Numbered from the stretch's first letter, positions 35,075 to 44,486 are shown. The stretch is DNA of 64,000 nt from Candidatus Aminicenantes bacterium (GCA_963805045.1 CAWDTC010000019.1:8249-72248); one strand, 5' to 3'. Numbers and translations: made by a program. Notes: generated by a model from the letters alone, not told the origin.

Positions 35075-35632
35075 ATGGATGAGCGAGACCTGCAGGACCT
35101 CCGCGATTCCCTTGAGAAGCTGACGCTTCGGAACCGCCGGCTCACCTGGGGTTTGACGGTGACCGCGACGGGCCTGGTCTTGGGCATCGTCGCGCTGTCG
35201 GCCTTCTGCTTCATGACAAGGAGGCGCCGCCCCTCCGACGGCATCCTCACCGTGCGCGGGCTCGTCGTCGTCGACGGCAACGGTGTCGAAAGGGTCAGGA
35301 TCCAGGCCCCCCTTCCCGACCCTCTCGTTCTCGGCAAGCGCCTCCCCCGCGGCGGTGCCATCAGCGGCATTCTTCTCTCGGACGAGGAAGGCAATGAGCG
35401 GAGCGGCTACGTGACGTCCGACGGCTACCCGAATGTCTTTTTCACGCTAGACAGTCTGGCCCGCCAGCACGTCCTCTTCATCACGGAACCCCAGGGCGAT
35501 CCGACGCTGCGGCTATGGGACGGGACGAGCGTGTCCACGCTTTCGGCCGGCGTGGACGGCCCCGGATTGAAGCTCACGGCCGGGGATAAAACTCTATTCG
35601 AAATTCCGGTCCGCGCGCCGGCGAGTAGATAA
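35075..35632 (+). CDS. Hypothetical membrane-anchored protein
   Basis: This is an intact 185-aa ORF. It has an N-terminal charged helix, one TM segment (LTWGLTVTATGLVLGIVALSAFCF), then a beta-rich domain (LTVRGLVVVDGNGVERVRI...). The RBS GAGAGGAGAG lies before the ATG. I recognised no family. Confidence 0.45.
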   Translation: MDERDLQDLRDSLEKLTLRNRRLTWGLTVTATGLVLGIVALSAFCFMTRRRRPSDGILTVRGLVVVDGNGVERVRIQAPLPDPLVLGKRLPRGGAISGILLSDEEGNERSGYVTSDGYPNVFFTLDSLARQHVLFITEPQGDPTLRLWDGTSVSTLSAGVDGPGLKLTAGDKTLFEIPVRAPASR

Positions 35633-35646
35633 GGAGGGAGGCCCTC

Positions 35647-36657
35647 GTGAGCATGTCCGCAAGATCGTCTGTCAGCCGTCTCTTCGCCTCCGTGATGGTC
35701 CTGGCGGCAGCTCTTGCCGCCATCGGGGCCCCTCGGGACCCCGCAATCTGGAAAGGGCATGAGGCCGGGATCAGCGGCTTGGCCCTGAGCCCGGATGGCG
35801 CCCGCTTGGCCACATGCGGGCTCGACGGATGTGTCAGGCTATGGGATACAGCCTCGGGCGCGATTCTCCGGGTCTTGCGATGCCGGGATTCCGAGCTCTA
35901 CGCGCTGGCCTTCTCCGGGGCTGGAAAACTCGTAATAGCAACCGGCGACAAAGGAGCATTGACCGTTTTCGACGCCCGGTCGGGGAAGATTGTTCGAGAA
36001 ATCCGGGGCCTCCAGGGCTGGTCGGTCGACCTGGCCGTGTCTCCCGACGGCCGTCGGGTCGCGGCCTGGAGCATGGACGGCCGCATTCTCATCTGGGACA
36101 TTGAGGCCGGCGGGAAGCTCTCTGTCCTCGAGGGAGATCCCAACAAGTGGGGGTTGGCGCTGGCCTGGTCCTCCGACGGCCGCATCCTGGCGGCAGGTAG
36201 GGCGGCCATCGCGTTGTGGGACGTCGAAAAAGGCCTCCGCGCGGGAAGCCTGTCCGGCCATACAGATTTCGTCAGGGGAATGGACTTTTCGCGGGACGGC
36301 CGTCGGCTCGCCTCGGCCGGACTCGACAAGACGGTTCGAGTCTGGGACCTCGCCACGCGGCGTGAACTTTGCTGCCTCCAGCCGGAGGGCTTTGTTCATC
36401 CGTCGTTCCAGGGCCCGGTGACCGAACCGATCCGGGTGCCTCTGCTGGCCGTCAAGTTCTCTCCGGACGGCAAGACGCTGGCCACGGCCGGGGCGGACCG
36501 CCTCGTGCGCCTCTGGGAGGTCGAAACCGGACTCTGCATCCGATCTTTCCCGGGACATACCATGACGGTGACGGCGCTTGTCTTCAGCCCCGACGGGAAG
36601 ACGCTCTTTTCGGCCGGGCTCGACAGGACCGTCCGCGTGTGGCATCTCGAGCCTTAG
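35647..36657 (+). CDS. Secreted WD40-repeat (7-bladed beta-propeller) protein
   Basis: This is an intact 336-aa ORF with a signal-like N-terminus, SVSRLFASVMVLAAALAAIGA. Repeated units follow: GH...V..LA.SPDG..LA..G.D..VRLWD (RLWD, TVFD, LIWD, ALWD, RVWD, RLWE, RVWH). Confidence 0.8.
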   Translation: MSMSARSSVSRLFASVMVLAAALAAIGAPRDPAIWKGHEAGISGLALSPDGARLATCGLDGCVRLWDTASGAILRVLRCRDSELYALAFSGAGKLVIATGDKGALTVFDARSGKIVREIRGLQGWSVDLAVSPDGRRVAAWSMDGRILIWDIEAGGKLSVLEGDPNKWGLALAWSSDGRILAAGRAAIALWDVEKGLRAGSLSGHTDFVRGMDFSRDGRRLASAGLDKTVRVWDLATRRELCCLQPEGFVHPSFQGPVTEPIRVPLLAVKFSPDGKTLATAGADRLVRLWEVETGLCIRSFPGHTMTVTALVFSPDGKTLFSAGLDRTVRVWHLEP

Positions 36658-36841
36658 GGCTCTCGCGCCCTCGTTGTTTTCATTTGCCGCGGGGAGTGCT
36701 ATAATCCGCGCCTTGCTCATGAGCCCAAGGCTTCGCCATCCTCACCCCGCCCGTCCGAACTCTCGAAACGGCAACCCATCGCACGGATCGCGGCCGATCC
36801 TCGCTTCCGAGCCCCAGGCTATCATCAAGGAGGTCCCTCAG

Positions 36842-39549
36842 ATGTCCCCTCGCCTCACCAACCTCAAGGCTGTCGGCATCGCGGCAGCCGTCCTCTCCGT
36901 GTTCGCCCTTGTCGCCTTCCAAGCAGCCGGCGCGTCCGCCCCGGAGATGAAGAAGGCCGACAAGGCCAATTACGAGCTGGCCTCGCGCTTCACCGCGGCC
37001 AAGGTCGGCAAGCTCGTCTTCGACACGGCCGTCCAGCCGCACTGGCTCGAGTCCGGCGATCGCTTCTGGTACGGCTGGGAGACGAGCAAGGGCCGCTCGT
37101 TCACTCTGGTCGACCCGCTGGCCAGGTCCAAGGCGCCCCTCTTCGACAACGCCCGGATGGCGGCCCAGCTGACCGAGATCGTCCTCACGCCCTACGACTC
37201 CGAGCACCTCCCGTTCAAGACCGTGAAGTTCATCGACAAGGACACGGCCCTCCGGCTGGAGCTCGAGGTCCAGAAGGACTCCGACGTCCGCCTCGGCGAC
37301 AAGATCGTCAAGGCCGGCGACATCGAGAAGAAGCGCGAGGACGCCAAGAAGGCCAAGGAGGACGCGGCCAAGACGGCCGAGGAGAAGGAGCGGGAGAAGA
37401 AGGAGCAGGACAAGAAGGACCTCGAGAAAAAGGACCTCGACAAGAAGGACGCGGACAAGGGCAAGGAGAAGGAGCCTGAGAAGAAGACGACGACGCTCTA
37501 TTTCGAGTACCGGCTGGCCACGGGCAAGCTCTCGCTCCTCCCCGACTACAAGGCGCCGCCGAAGCGGCCCCGCTGGGCCTCCGTCTCCCCCGACGAGAAG
37601 TCCGTCGTCTTCGTCCGCGGCTTCAACCTCTTCATGATGGACGCCGAGAACTTCGCCAAGGCGCTCAAGAAAGCCGACGACGCGACGGTCAAGGAGGTCC
37701 AGCTGACGACCGACGGCGAGGAGCACTTCTCCTACGCCCGCGACCTGATGGAGGAGGACAAGAAGGAGCTCCAGAAGGACGAGAAGGACCGCAAGGACTA
37801 CCGCGTCCCGGCCGGCTTCATCGTCTGGTCCAAGGACTCGAAGAAGTTCGCCACGGTCCGCGAGGACGAGCGCAAGGTCGGCGACCTCTGGGTCATCAAC
37901 TCCCTGGCGAATCCGCGGCCGACGCTCGAGACCTACCGCTACGCCATGCCGGGCGAAGAGGGCCAGCCCCAGCCCGAGCTCCTCGTCTTCGACCTCGCCT
38001 CGAAGGGCAAGGTCAAGGTCAAGGCCGACGCCTTCAAGGACCAGACCCTGTCGATCGAGACGGCGCCGCGCCGCGACGTCGACCGCGAGAAGGACAATCC
38101 GCCGCCGGCCCAGTGGCTGAGCGAGACCTCCGACAAGCTCTATTTCGGGCGCCAGAGCCGCGACCTCCACAAATACGACGTCTGCGTCGCCGACACGGCC
38201 ACGGGCGACGTGAAGGTCCTCATCGAGGAGCGGCTGAACACCTACGTCGAGACCGAGCCGCTCCGGCTCGTCAACGGCGGCCAGGAGATGGTCTGGTGGT
38301 CCGAGCGCGACGGCTGGGGCCACTATTATCTCTACGGCGGCGACGGCAAGCTCAAGACGCAGATCACCTCGGGCGAGTTCACCTGCCAGGGGATCGAGGG
38401 CGTCGACGAGAAGACGCGCGTCCTCTACTTCAACGCCTGCGGCCGCGAGCCGAACGAGGACCCCTATGACATCCACCTCTACCGCGTCGAGCTCGACGGC
38501 ACCGGCCTCAAGCTCCTCAACCCGGGCGACGCGAACCACAGCTCCGACGCCGACGACGCGCTCCGCGTCTTCATCGACACCTATTCGCGGGTCAACACGG
38601 CGCCCGTCTCGGAGCTCCGCGACCTCTCCGGGACGCTCCTCCTCAAGCTCGAGACGACCGACACCAGCGCCCTCGTCGAGGCCGGCTACAAGTTCCCCGA
38701 GCCGTTCAAGGTCAAGGCCGACGACGGGGTCACCGACCTCTACGGCGTCATGTACAAGCCGTTCGACTTCGACCCGGCCGAGAAGTACCCGATCATCGCC
38801 TACGTCTATCCCGGGCCCGCAGACCGAGAGCGTGACCAAGACGTTCTCGCCGCAGAACGGCAACGTCGCCCTGGCCCAGCTCGGCTTCATCGTCATCGAG
38901 GTCGGCAACCGCGGCGGCAACCCCATGCGCTCGAAGTGGTACCACAACTACGGCTACGGCAACCTCCGCGACTACGGCCTGGCCGACAAGAAGCGGGCCA
39001 TCGAGCAGCTGGCGCATCAAGTATCCTTACATCGACATCGACCGGGTCGGCATCTACGGCCACTCCGGCGGCGGGTTCATGACGGCCGCGGCCCTGCTCG
39101 TCTACCCCGACTTCTTCAAGGTCGGCGTGTCGTCCTCCGGGAACCACGAGAACAACATCTACAACCGCTGGTGGAGCGAGAAGCACCACGGCGTCAAGGA
39201 GGTCACGGACAAGGAAGGGAACGTCAAGTTCGAGTACAGCATCGAGAAGAACTCCGAGATCGCGAAGAACCTCAAGGGCCACCTCCTGCTGACGACGGGC
39301 GACATGGACAACAACGTCCATCCGGGGAACACGATCCGCCTGGCCAACGCCCTGATCAAGGCCAACAAGCGCTTCGACTTCTTCCTCTTCCCGGGCCAGC
39401 GCCACGGCTACGGCGACATGAACGATTACTGGTTCTGGATCCGGGCCGACTACTTCGCGAAATACCTGCTGGGAGATTTCTCGCAGACGGTCGACCTCAT
39501 CGAGCTCCAGCGGGAGAAAGAGCAGACCGGGGACAAGCGCGGCCGATAA
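36842..39549 (+). CDS. S9B family serine peptidase (dipeptidyl-peptidase IV-like) with a Lys/Glu/Asp-rich insert (frame changes near 38820 and 39015)
   Basis: The protein has a signal/anchor, MSPRLTNLKAVGIAAAVLSVFALVAF. The DPPIV_N-like propeller has WLESGDRFWY, WSKDSKKFA, LWVIN, MVWWSERDGWGHYYLY. The catalytic domain is in the other frames: YPIIAYVYPGP|QTESVTKTF...GFIVIEVGNRGG...|IDIDRVGIYGHSGGGFM (nucleophile GxSxGG) ...GDMDNNVH...FPGQRHGY. Confidence 0.85.
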
Positions 39550-39661
39550 TAAAGTGAAGTCGAGCTTGGGGTGTTCCCTCCGTCAGGGCGCGGGTTGGCC
39601 TCGGCGAGGTACCTCACTCCTTTTGTTTTAAGACCAGCTAAATCTCAAATGCCGGAACGAT

Positions 39662-40397
39662 TTAGCGGCCTTGAAGTCCACTGGGAACTAATCTCCGGGA
39701 CAACAGGACGATAAGCGAAACAAGAATAAATAACGTCGGGAGTGTAATCGAATAGTATGTCCTCATCTGAAGCTTGAGTGGCCTGACGTCCATTTTCTTG
39801 AAGGTCAACCAGAAGGCTATGCCGAAGGGAACGAGAAGGACTGCTGCGGAGACCAACTGTGCGATCAACGGGCCGTGGCGACCTGTGAGATTGATTCCGA
39901 GCTTTAGAAGGAGGCGGGCGAAAAACAATCTCTCCCCCGAAGAAGGTAAGATACATGAGCCCGACGCCAAATAGGCTGATTACGATAGAGAAAACCCCGA
40001 TGCTTAGGAATAATGAGCTGAAGAAAAGGACGAGTAAGGCAATCCCGGATTCTGCCTGAAGGCCGCGGCCAATAACAATAGTCGCTACTCCACCCAACAA
40101 TAAGAGTAATCCGAGGCGAGGCAAAACCTTTGCCAGAATGATCTTCCTCCGGGTCAGCGGAAGAGAGAACAGGTACTCGAACGCCCGGTCTTTTCTCTCG
40201 GATTGGAAGACTGTCGCTCCGGCATAGACGGCATAGATAATGAGTGTGATAAAGAACCCTGTTTGGATAAGGCTGACGTAGTCGAGACCTACTTTCGTAA
40301 CCAACTTGTCTCCTACGTAGATGAAAGGAATGACAAGAAGGGCCACTAGGCTTTCGATGAACCTTTTCAGGGCGTCTCTAGCTTCTTTTCTAAGCAT
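39662..40397 (-). CDS. ABC-2-type transporter permease (frame change near 39935)
   Basis: The protein begins MLRKEARDALKRFIESLVALLVIPFIYV... and has 5-6 TM segments. The C-terminal TM segments (LFFARLLLKLGINLTG...LVSAAVLLVPFGIAFWL...YYSITLPTLFILVSLIVLLS) are in the frame of ORF 39662-39970. It overlaps the ATPase gene by 8 nt. It has low GC. Confidence 0.6.
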
Positions 40398-41214
40398 ATT
40401 CGCCTCCTATAAAGGCCGAGACGATTTCGGTCAAATCGAGGTCGAAAACGTCGCCTTCGATTATCTCTCGAAGACGTTCATTAAAAGGGTAAACGAAAAA
40501 CTCGGAGTGATCCGAATAGTCAATTCTGGAGAGAACATTCAGAGAGGTTGGCTGGTTTTGCCCAACAATCTTTTTCACCTTGGCCTTGAGATCGTCGATA
40601 TTCTCATCGACGGTGATTTCACCTGATTTCAAGAGAATGACTCGCTCGATCAGGTGCTCGATGTCATGGAAGTTCACATTGACCATAACCACTGTCGGGC
40701 GGCGCTTGGATAGAAGCGAAACTATCTGCTCAAGGAAGATCCTTCTCAGGTACGCGTCAATCGAGTGGATGATCTCGTCAACCAACAGGACTTCCGGCTC
40801 GAGGGAAAGAATGAGGCTTAGATGAAAGATGGTTCTCTGGCCGATCGAAAGCTCGCGGACCTTTTGGCCGTAGCCAATCTTCGTATGCTGGACGAGTGAA
40901 TCATCAAATGAGGAAAGACCATAGACAGACTTATGAAGTCCGATAGCCTCGGCAACAGTCAAACTCTCATAAAGGCTCAAAGCATCAGAAACGAAGCCGA
41001 TCTTTCGCCGGGAATCGGCACCCAGTTTGGCATCATACCGGACTTCGCCTTGGTCAGGCCTCAGGACGCCGGCCATCAGCCGTAAAAGCGTGCTCTTGCC
41101 AACGCCGTTGATACCGGTAATCAGGCAGACCTGGCCATCTGGTATCTGAAGATTGAAACTTTTGAATACTCGGTTTTTCCCGTAGCTAAAGGATAAGCCC
41201 TTGATGTCAATCAT
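40390..41214 (-). CDS. ABC transporter ATP-binding protein
   Basis: This is an intact 274-aa ORF with Walker A GINGVGKST, a Q-loop, a degenerate signature LSIGQRT, Walker B LLVDEI and an H-loop region. It overlaps gntR by 8 nt. Confidence 0.85.
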   Translation of the reverse strand: MIDIKGLSFSYGKNRVFKSFNLQIPDGQVCLITGINGVGKSTLLRLMAGVLRPDQGEVRYDAKLGADSRRKIGFVSDALSLYESLTVAEAIGLHKSVYGLSSFDDSLVQHTKIGYGQKVRELSIGQRTIFHLSLILSLEPEVLLVDEIIHSIDAYLRRIFLEQIVSLLSKRRPTVVMVNVNFHDIEHLIERVILLKSGEITVDENIDDLKAKVKKIVGQNQPTSLNVLSRIDYSDHSEFFVYPFNERLREIIEGDVFDLDLTEIVSAFIGGEYA

Positions 41215-41635
41215 TGCGATTGTCCTTTTGACTCGCTATTAGCGTGGCCTCAACGTTCATAGAGGAAATTTCCTTGATAATATCTTCGACGGAATATCCG
41301 AGCTGCAGAGCCTCAGCTATGTATTCTTGCGTGATCTCTCTCAGGAGGTTCTGATCTCTCTTGCGGCCTCTAGAAGTATCAAGCTTGACATAGTATCCAG
41401 CTCCTGGCCGGGATAAGACAAAGCCTTCAGTCTCAAGCTGGTCATAAACCTTGATAATTGTATTGGGATTGACGGTGAGTTTGAGAGCTAGCTCCCTGAG
41501 AGACATGAGCCGGTCTCCCTCTTCTAACTTGCCGGACAGGATTACCAGTTTGATAGCGCGTTTGATCTGCTCATAAACGGGAACAGCTGACTTGGGATTG
41601 ACCATAAAGTCGAAAGTTCGATTCGTGTTCCGCAC
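41207..41635 (-). CDS. GntR family (YtrA-like, short effector domain) transcriptional regulator
   Basis: The winged-HTH region is PVYEQIKRAIKLVILSGKLEEGDRLMSLRELALKLTVNPNTIIKVYDQLETEGFVLSRPGAGYYV, followed by a ~60-aa helical tail. The track start is GTG at 41635. The in-frame ATG at 41605 (MVNPKSAVPVYEQI...) is a more typical start. Confidence 0.85.
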   Translation of the reverse strand: MRNTNRTFDFMVNPKSAVPVYEQIKRAIKLVILSGKLEEGDRLMSLRELALKLTVNPNTIIKVYDQLETEGFVLSRPGAGYYVKLDTSRGRKRDQNLLREITQEYIAEALQLGYSVEDIIKEISSMNVEATLIASQKDNRND

Positions 41636-41639
41636 TGAA

Positions 41640-41672
41640 CTAGTATTATATAACAGTAGGTCAGTTTGTCAA
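41640..41672 (-). promoter_or_regulatory. Sigma-70 promoter plus candidate palindromic operator of the gntR-ABC operon
   Basis: On the minus strand: TTGACA (41672-41667), a 16-nt spacer, then TATAAT (41650-41645). A 20-bp imperfect palindrome CTACTGTTATATAATACTAG (41659-41640, 16/20 symmetric) covers the -10 box. Confidence 0.5.
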
Positions 41673-42121
41673 GCAAGTATTGTTCAAATTTGTCATTACT
41701 TTGCTGAGCGGATAGCATATCGAATTATTAGGGGAACACATAGGTGAACAATAAAGGGCGCAAAGACCCTTCTTACGCATCCAGCGCCGCCACGCGGATA
41801 AGAGAGATAAAGGAATAACCCTAGAGCTCCCTCCCGAGGGGAGAGCTTCTAGGGCCATCCCGCGCCGTCCTAGGGCGTCTCGTCAGGGGAAAGGGCTGCC
41901 CCGTCCGGCGCGCCACCGTTACAGCCCTGCCATCGCCGCCCTCATCGCCGCTATCTGAAGCGAGCGGTCGCGGCCCATCGCGAATCGTTCAAATCGCGAC
42001 CCTCACTCACCCCTCGCCCTCCCTCGCTCCTTTCACTCCCATGCGGCGCCGAAGGCGAGCTCCATCGGCGGCATGAAATCCTTCCCTTTTTGCGTCGAAT
42101 GTAATAAAAGAGTAGCGAAAG

Positions 42122-43474
42122 GTGGACGATATGAGTGACCCCCGACCGGAAAGACCCGCGATGCCGCCCGCTCCCTCCGCCGCGCCCGCCGCAGCGGCCG
42201 CGCCGGCGGCCAAACCCGTCCGCCATTACGGCATGGTCGCCCTCGTCTTCCTGACCTTCTTCGTCATCTCCCTCGTCACGAACGTCATCGGCGCGATCAA
42301 CCCGGACGTCGGGAAGAGCTTCGGCCTCAACCTGACCCTCGTCGGGCTCCTCGCCTTCGCCTTCTTCATCGCCTACGGCGTCATGTCCATCCCCTCCGGC
42401 ATGCTCGTCGAACGCTTCCGCGAGAAGCCGGTCATGATCGCCGCCTTCCTCCTGGCCCTGGCCGGGACGCTCCTCATCTCCCTCTTCCCCGGCTATTTCG
42501 TCTTCCTCCTCTCCCTCTTCCTCATCGGCGCCGGCTTCGCCGCCCTCCAGGTCGCCATCAACCCACTCCTCCGCGTCTCCGGCGGCGAGGAGCACTTCGC
42601 CTTCAACTCGGTCATGGCCCAGCTCATCTTCGGCGGCGCCTCCTTCCTCAGCCCGCTCATCTATGCCTATTTCGTCCAGAACCTCGCGCGGCCGGAGGGC
42701 CGGGGCAAGCCCCTTGTCGGGCTCATGGCCAAGCTCGTCCCGCCGTCGCTCCCCTGGGTCTCCGTCTACTGGGTCTTCGCCGCCTTGGTCGTGGTCATGG
42801 TCGCCGTCCTGGCCGCGGTCCGCTTCCCGCTCGTCGTCAGGACGGACGAGGAGCGCGCCGGCGCCTGGGCCACGCACAAGGCCCTCTTCCGGAACCGGAC
42901 CGTCGTCCTGTTTTTCATCGGCATCTTCGCCTACGTCGGCACCGAACAGGGCGTCTCCTACTGGATCTCCAAGTTCCTCCAGACCTACCACGGCTACGAC
43001 CCGCAGACGGTCGGGGCGGGCCGGGTCTCCCTCTTCTGGGGGCTGATGACCGTCGGCGGCCTGCTCGGGCTCGTCCTGCTCAAGCTCTTCGACAGCCGGA
43101 AGGTCCTGGTCGGTTTCGCCGTCGCGGCCATCGTCATCCTGAGCCTGGCCCTGTTCGGGCCGGGGCCGCTGGCCCTGGTCGCTTTCCCGCTCATGGGCTT
43201 CGCCGCCTCGGTCATGTGGCCGATCATCTTCTCCCTGGCCCTGAACTCCGTCTCGAGCCACCACGGCTCGTTCTCCGGCATCCTCTGCACGGGCATCATC
43301 GGCGGCGCCCTCGTGCCTCTCGTCATCGGCCGCCTGGGCGACTGGTTCGGCCTGCGCCAAGGGATGTTCCTCCTCTACGTCACGCTCGGGTACATCCTCA
43401 GCATCGGCCTGTGGGCGAGGCCGCTCATCCTCAACGAGACGATCTTCCGGAAGAAGCGGAAGGGGGCGGCGTGA
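42122..43474 (+). CDS. MFS sugar transporter (FucP / glucose-galactose GluP-like)
   Basis: This is an intact 450-aa ORF with 12 predicted TM segments and FucP-like blocks (VTNVIGAINPDVGKSFGL, FFIAYGVMSIPSGMLVERF, GAGFAALQVAINPLL, FAYVGTEQGVSYW, GGALVPLVIGRLGD). The ATG at 42131 is an alternative start. Confidence 0.85.
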   Translation: MDDMSDPRPERPAMPPAPSAAPAAAAAPAAKPVRHYGMVALVFLTFFVISLVTNVIGAINPDVGKSFGLNLTLVGLLAFAFFIAYGVMSIPSGMLVERFREKPVMIAAFLLALAGTLLISLFPGYFVFLLSLFLIGAGFAALQVAINPLLRVSGGEEHFAFNSVMAQLIFGGASFLSPLIYAYFVQNLARPEGRGKPLVGLMAKLVPPSLPWVSVYWVFAALVVVMVAVLAAVRFPLVVRTDEERAGAWATHKALFRNRTVVLFFIGIFAYVGTEQGVSYWISKFLQTYHGYDPQTVGAGRVSLFWGLMTVGGLLGLVLLKLFDSRKVLVGFAVAAIVILSLALFGPGPLALVAFPLMGFAASVMWPIIFSLALNSVSSHHGSFSGILCTGIIGGALVPLVIGRLGDWFGLRQGMFLLYVTLGYILSIGLWARPLILNETIFRKKRKGAA

Positions 43475-44326
43475 AGCCCGAAACGGTCGTCGGCGTCGAC
43501 CTCGGCGGGACGAACGTCCGCGCGGGCCTCGTCGAAGGCGGGCGTTTGACGGACGTCCGCTCCGTCCCCATCCGGAGCCAGGGCACGGAGCGCGAGGTCC
43601 TCGAGGACCTCTTCGGCGCCATCGATGCCGTCCTCCGCAAGGGTGTCGCCGGGATCGGCGCCGGGGTGCCTTCGGTCATCGACCTCCATGCGGGCGTCGT
43701 CTATGACGTCCAGAACATCCCTTCGTGGAAGAAGGTGCCCCTCAAGGCCGACCTCGAGGAGCGCTACCGCCTCCCCGCCTACGTCAACAACGACGCCAAC
43801 TGCTTCGCCGCTGGCGAGAAGTATTTCGGCAAGGCCAGGCCGTACGACGCCGCCGTGGGGCTCATCCTCGGCACGGGGCTCGGCGCGGGCGTCATCGCCA
43901 ACGGGAAGCTCTACTCCGGCATCAACTGCGGCGCGGGCGAGTTCGGCATGCTCCCCTACCTCGACCGCAACTTCGAGGCCTACGCCAGCGGCCAGTTCTT
44001 CGAGCGCGTTCACGGCGTCACGGGGCGGGAGGCGGCGGCGCGGGCGGAGCGGGGGGAGGCCGAAGCGCTCGAGCATCTTCGCCGAGTTCGGCCGGCACCT
44101 CGGCGAGGCGGTCAAGGCCATCTGCTACGCCGTCGACCCCGAGGCCATCATCCTCGGCGGGTCGGTCAGCAAGTCCTTCCGCTTCTTCAAGGACGCGATG
44201 TGGGAGGCGTTCCAGGGCTTCGCCTACTCCATCACCAAGGAGCGGCTGAAGGTCGAGGTCTCCGAGACGGAGAACATCGCCATCCTCGGCGCCGCGGCCC
44301 TCTACTACGACGCCCGGGCGAAGTGA
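43471..44326 (+). CDS. ROK family sugar kinase (glucokinase-like) (frame change near 44070)
   Basis: The GTG start overlaps the MFS stop (GTGA). The protein reads VVGVDLGGTNVRAGLV...GIGAGVPSVID...NIPSWK.VPL...L......PAYVNNDANCFAAGE...GLILGTGLGAGVI..GKLY.G..CGAGEFG. The C-terminus FAEFGRHLGEAVKAICYAVDPEAIILGGSVSKSF...ILGAAALY is in the frame of ORF 43625-44326. Confidence 0.8.
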
Positions 44327-44344
44327 GCCCCGGCCAGGGGCGAA

Positions 44345-44430
44345 GAAGGGCCGAAGGGGAATGGCCGGAACGTCATGTGCGGCTTAGCGCAAGCCGCACT
44401 CTGGAGCGGAGGCCATCCCCGAGGCCCTTC
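44345..44430 (+). repeat. Copy D of the ~85-nt palindromic element family
   Basis: The sequence is GAAGGGCCGAAGGGGAATGGCCGGAACGTCATGTGCGGCTTAGCGCAAGCCGCACTCTGGAGCGGAGGCCATCCCCGAGGCCCTTC. It lies immediately 3' of the ROK gene. Confidence 0.85.
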
Positions 44431-44457
44431 TGAGCCGCGGAGCGGCGCCGGCCTCAC

Positions 44458-44486
44458 TTGACAGTCCCGGCGACGGTCATTAATCT
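44458..44486 (+). promoter_or_regulatory. Putative sigma-70 promoter of the DUF481 gene
   Basis: TTGACA (44458-44463), a 17-nt spacer, then TAATCT (44481-44486). The RBS AAGGAGAG lies before the ATG at 44524. Confidence 0.45.

Noticed and set aside
37318-37488. The AAG/GAG-rich tract read as a non-coding tandem repeat or microsatellite.
   Set aside because: It stays in frame within the S9 peptidase ORF and lacks a strict repeat unit. It is better described as a coding low-complexity insert.
39550-39660. Possible att-type direct repeats or integrase remnants at the borders of the low-GC island.
   Set aside because: I found no repeat of 10 nt or more shared by the left (39550-39660) and right (41640-41950) borders by eye, and no recombinase ORF. 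Mobility therefore cannot be claimed.
41960-42000. A tRNA-like T-arm impression: GCGAATCGTTCAAATCGCGA.
   Set aside because: The stem is 6 bp with a 10-nt loop, not 5 bp with 7 nt. There is no acceptor, D or anticodon arm around it and no CCA-proximal pairing.
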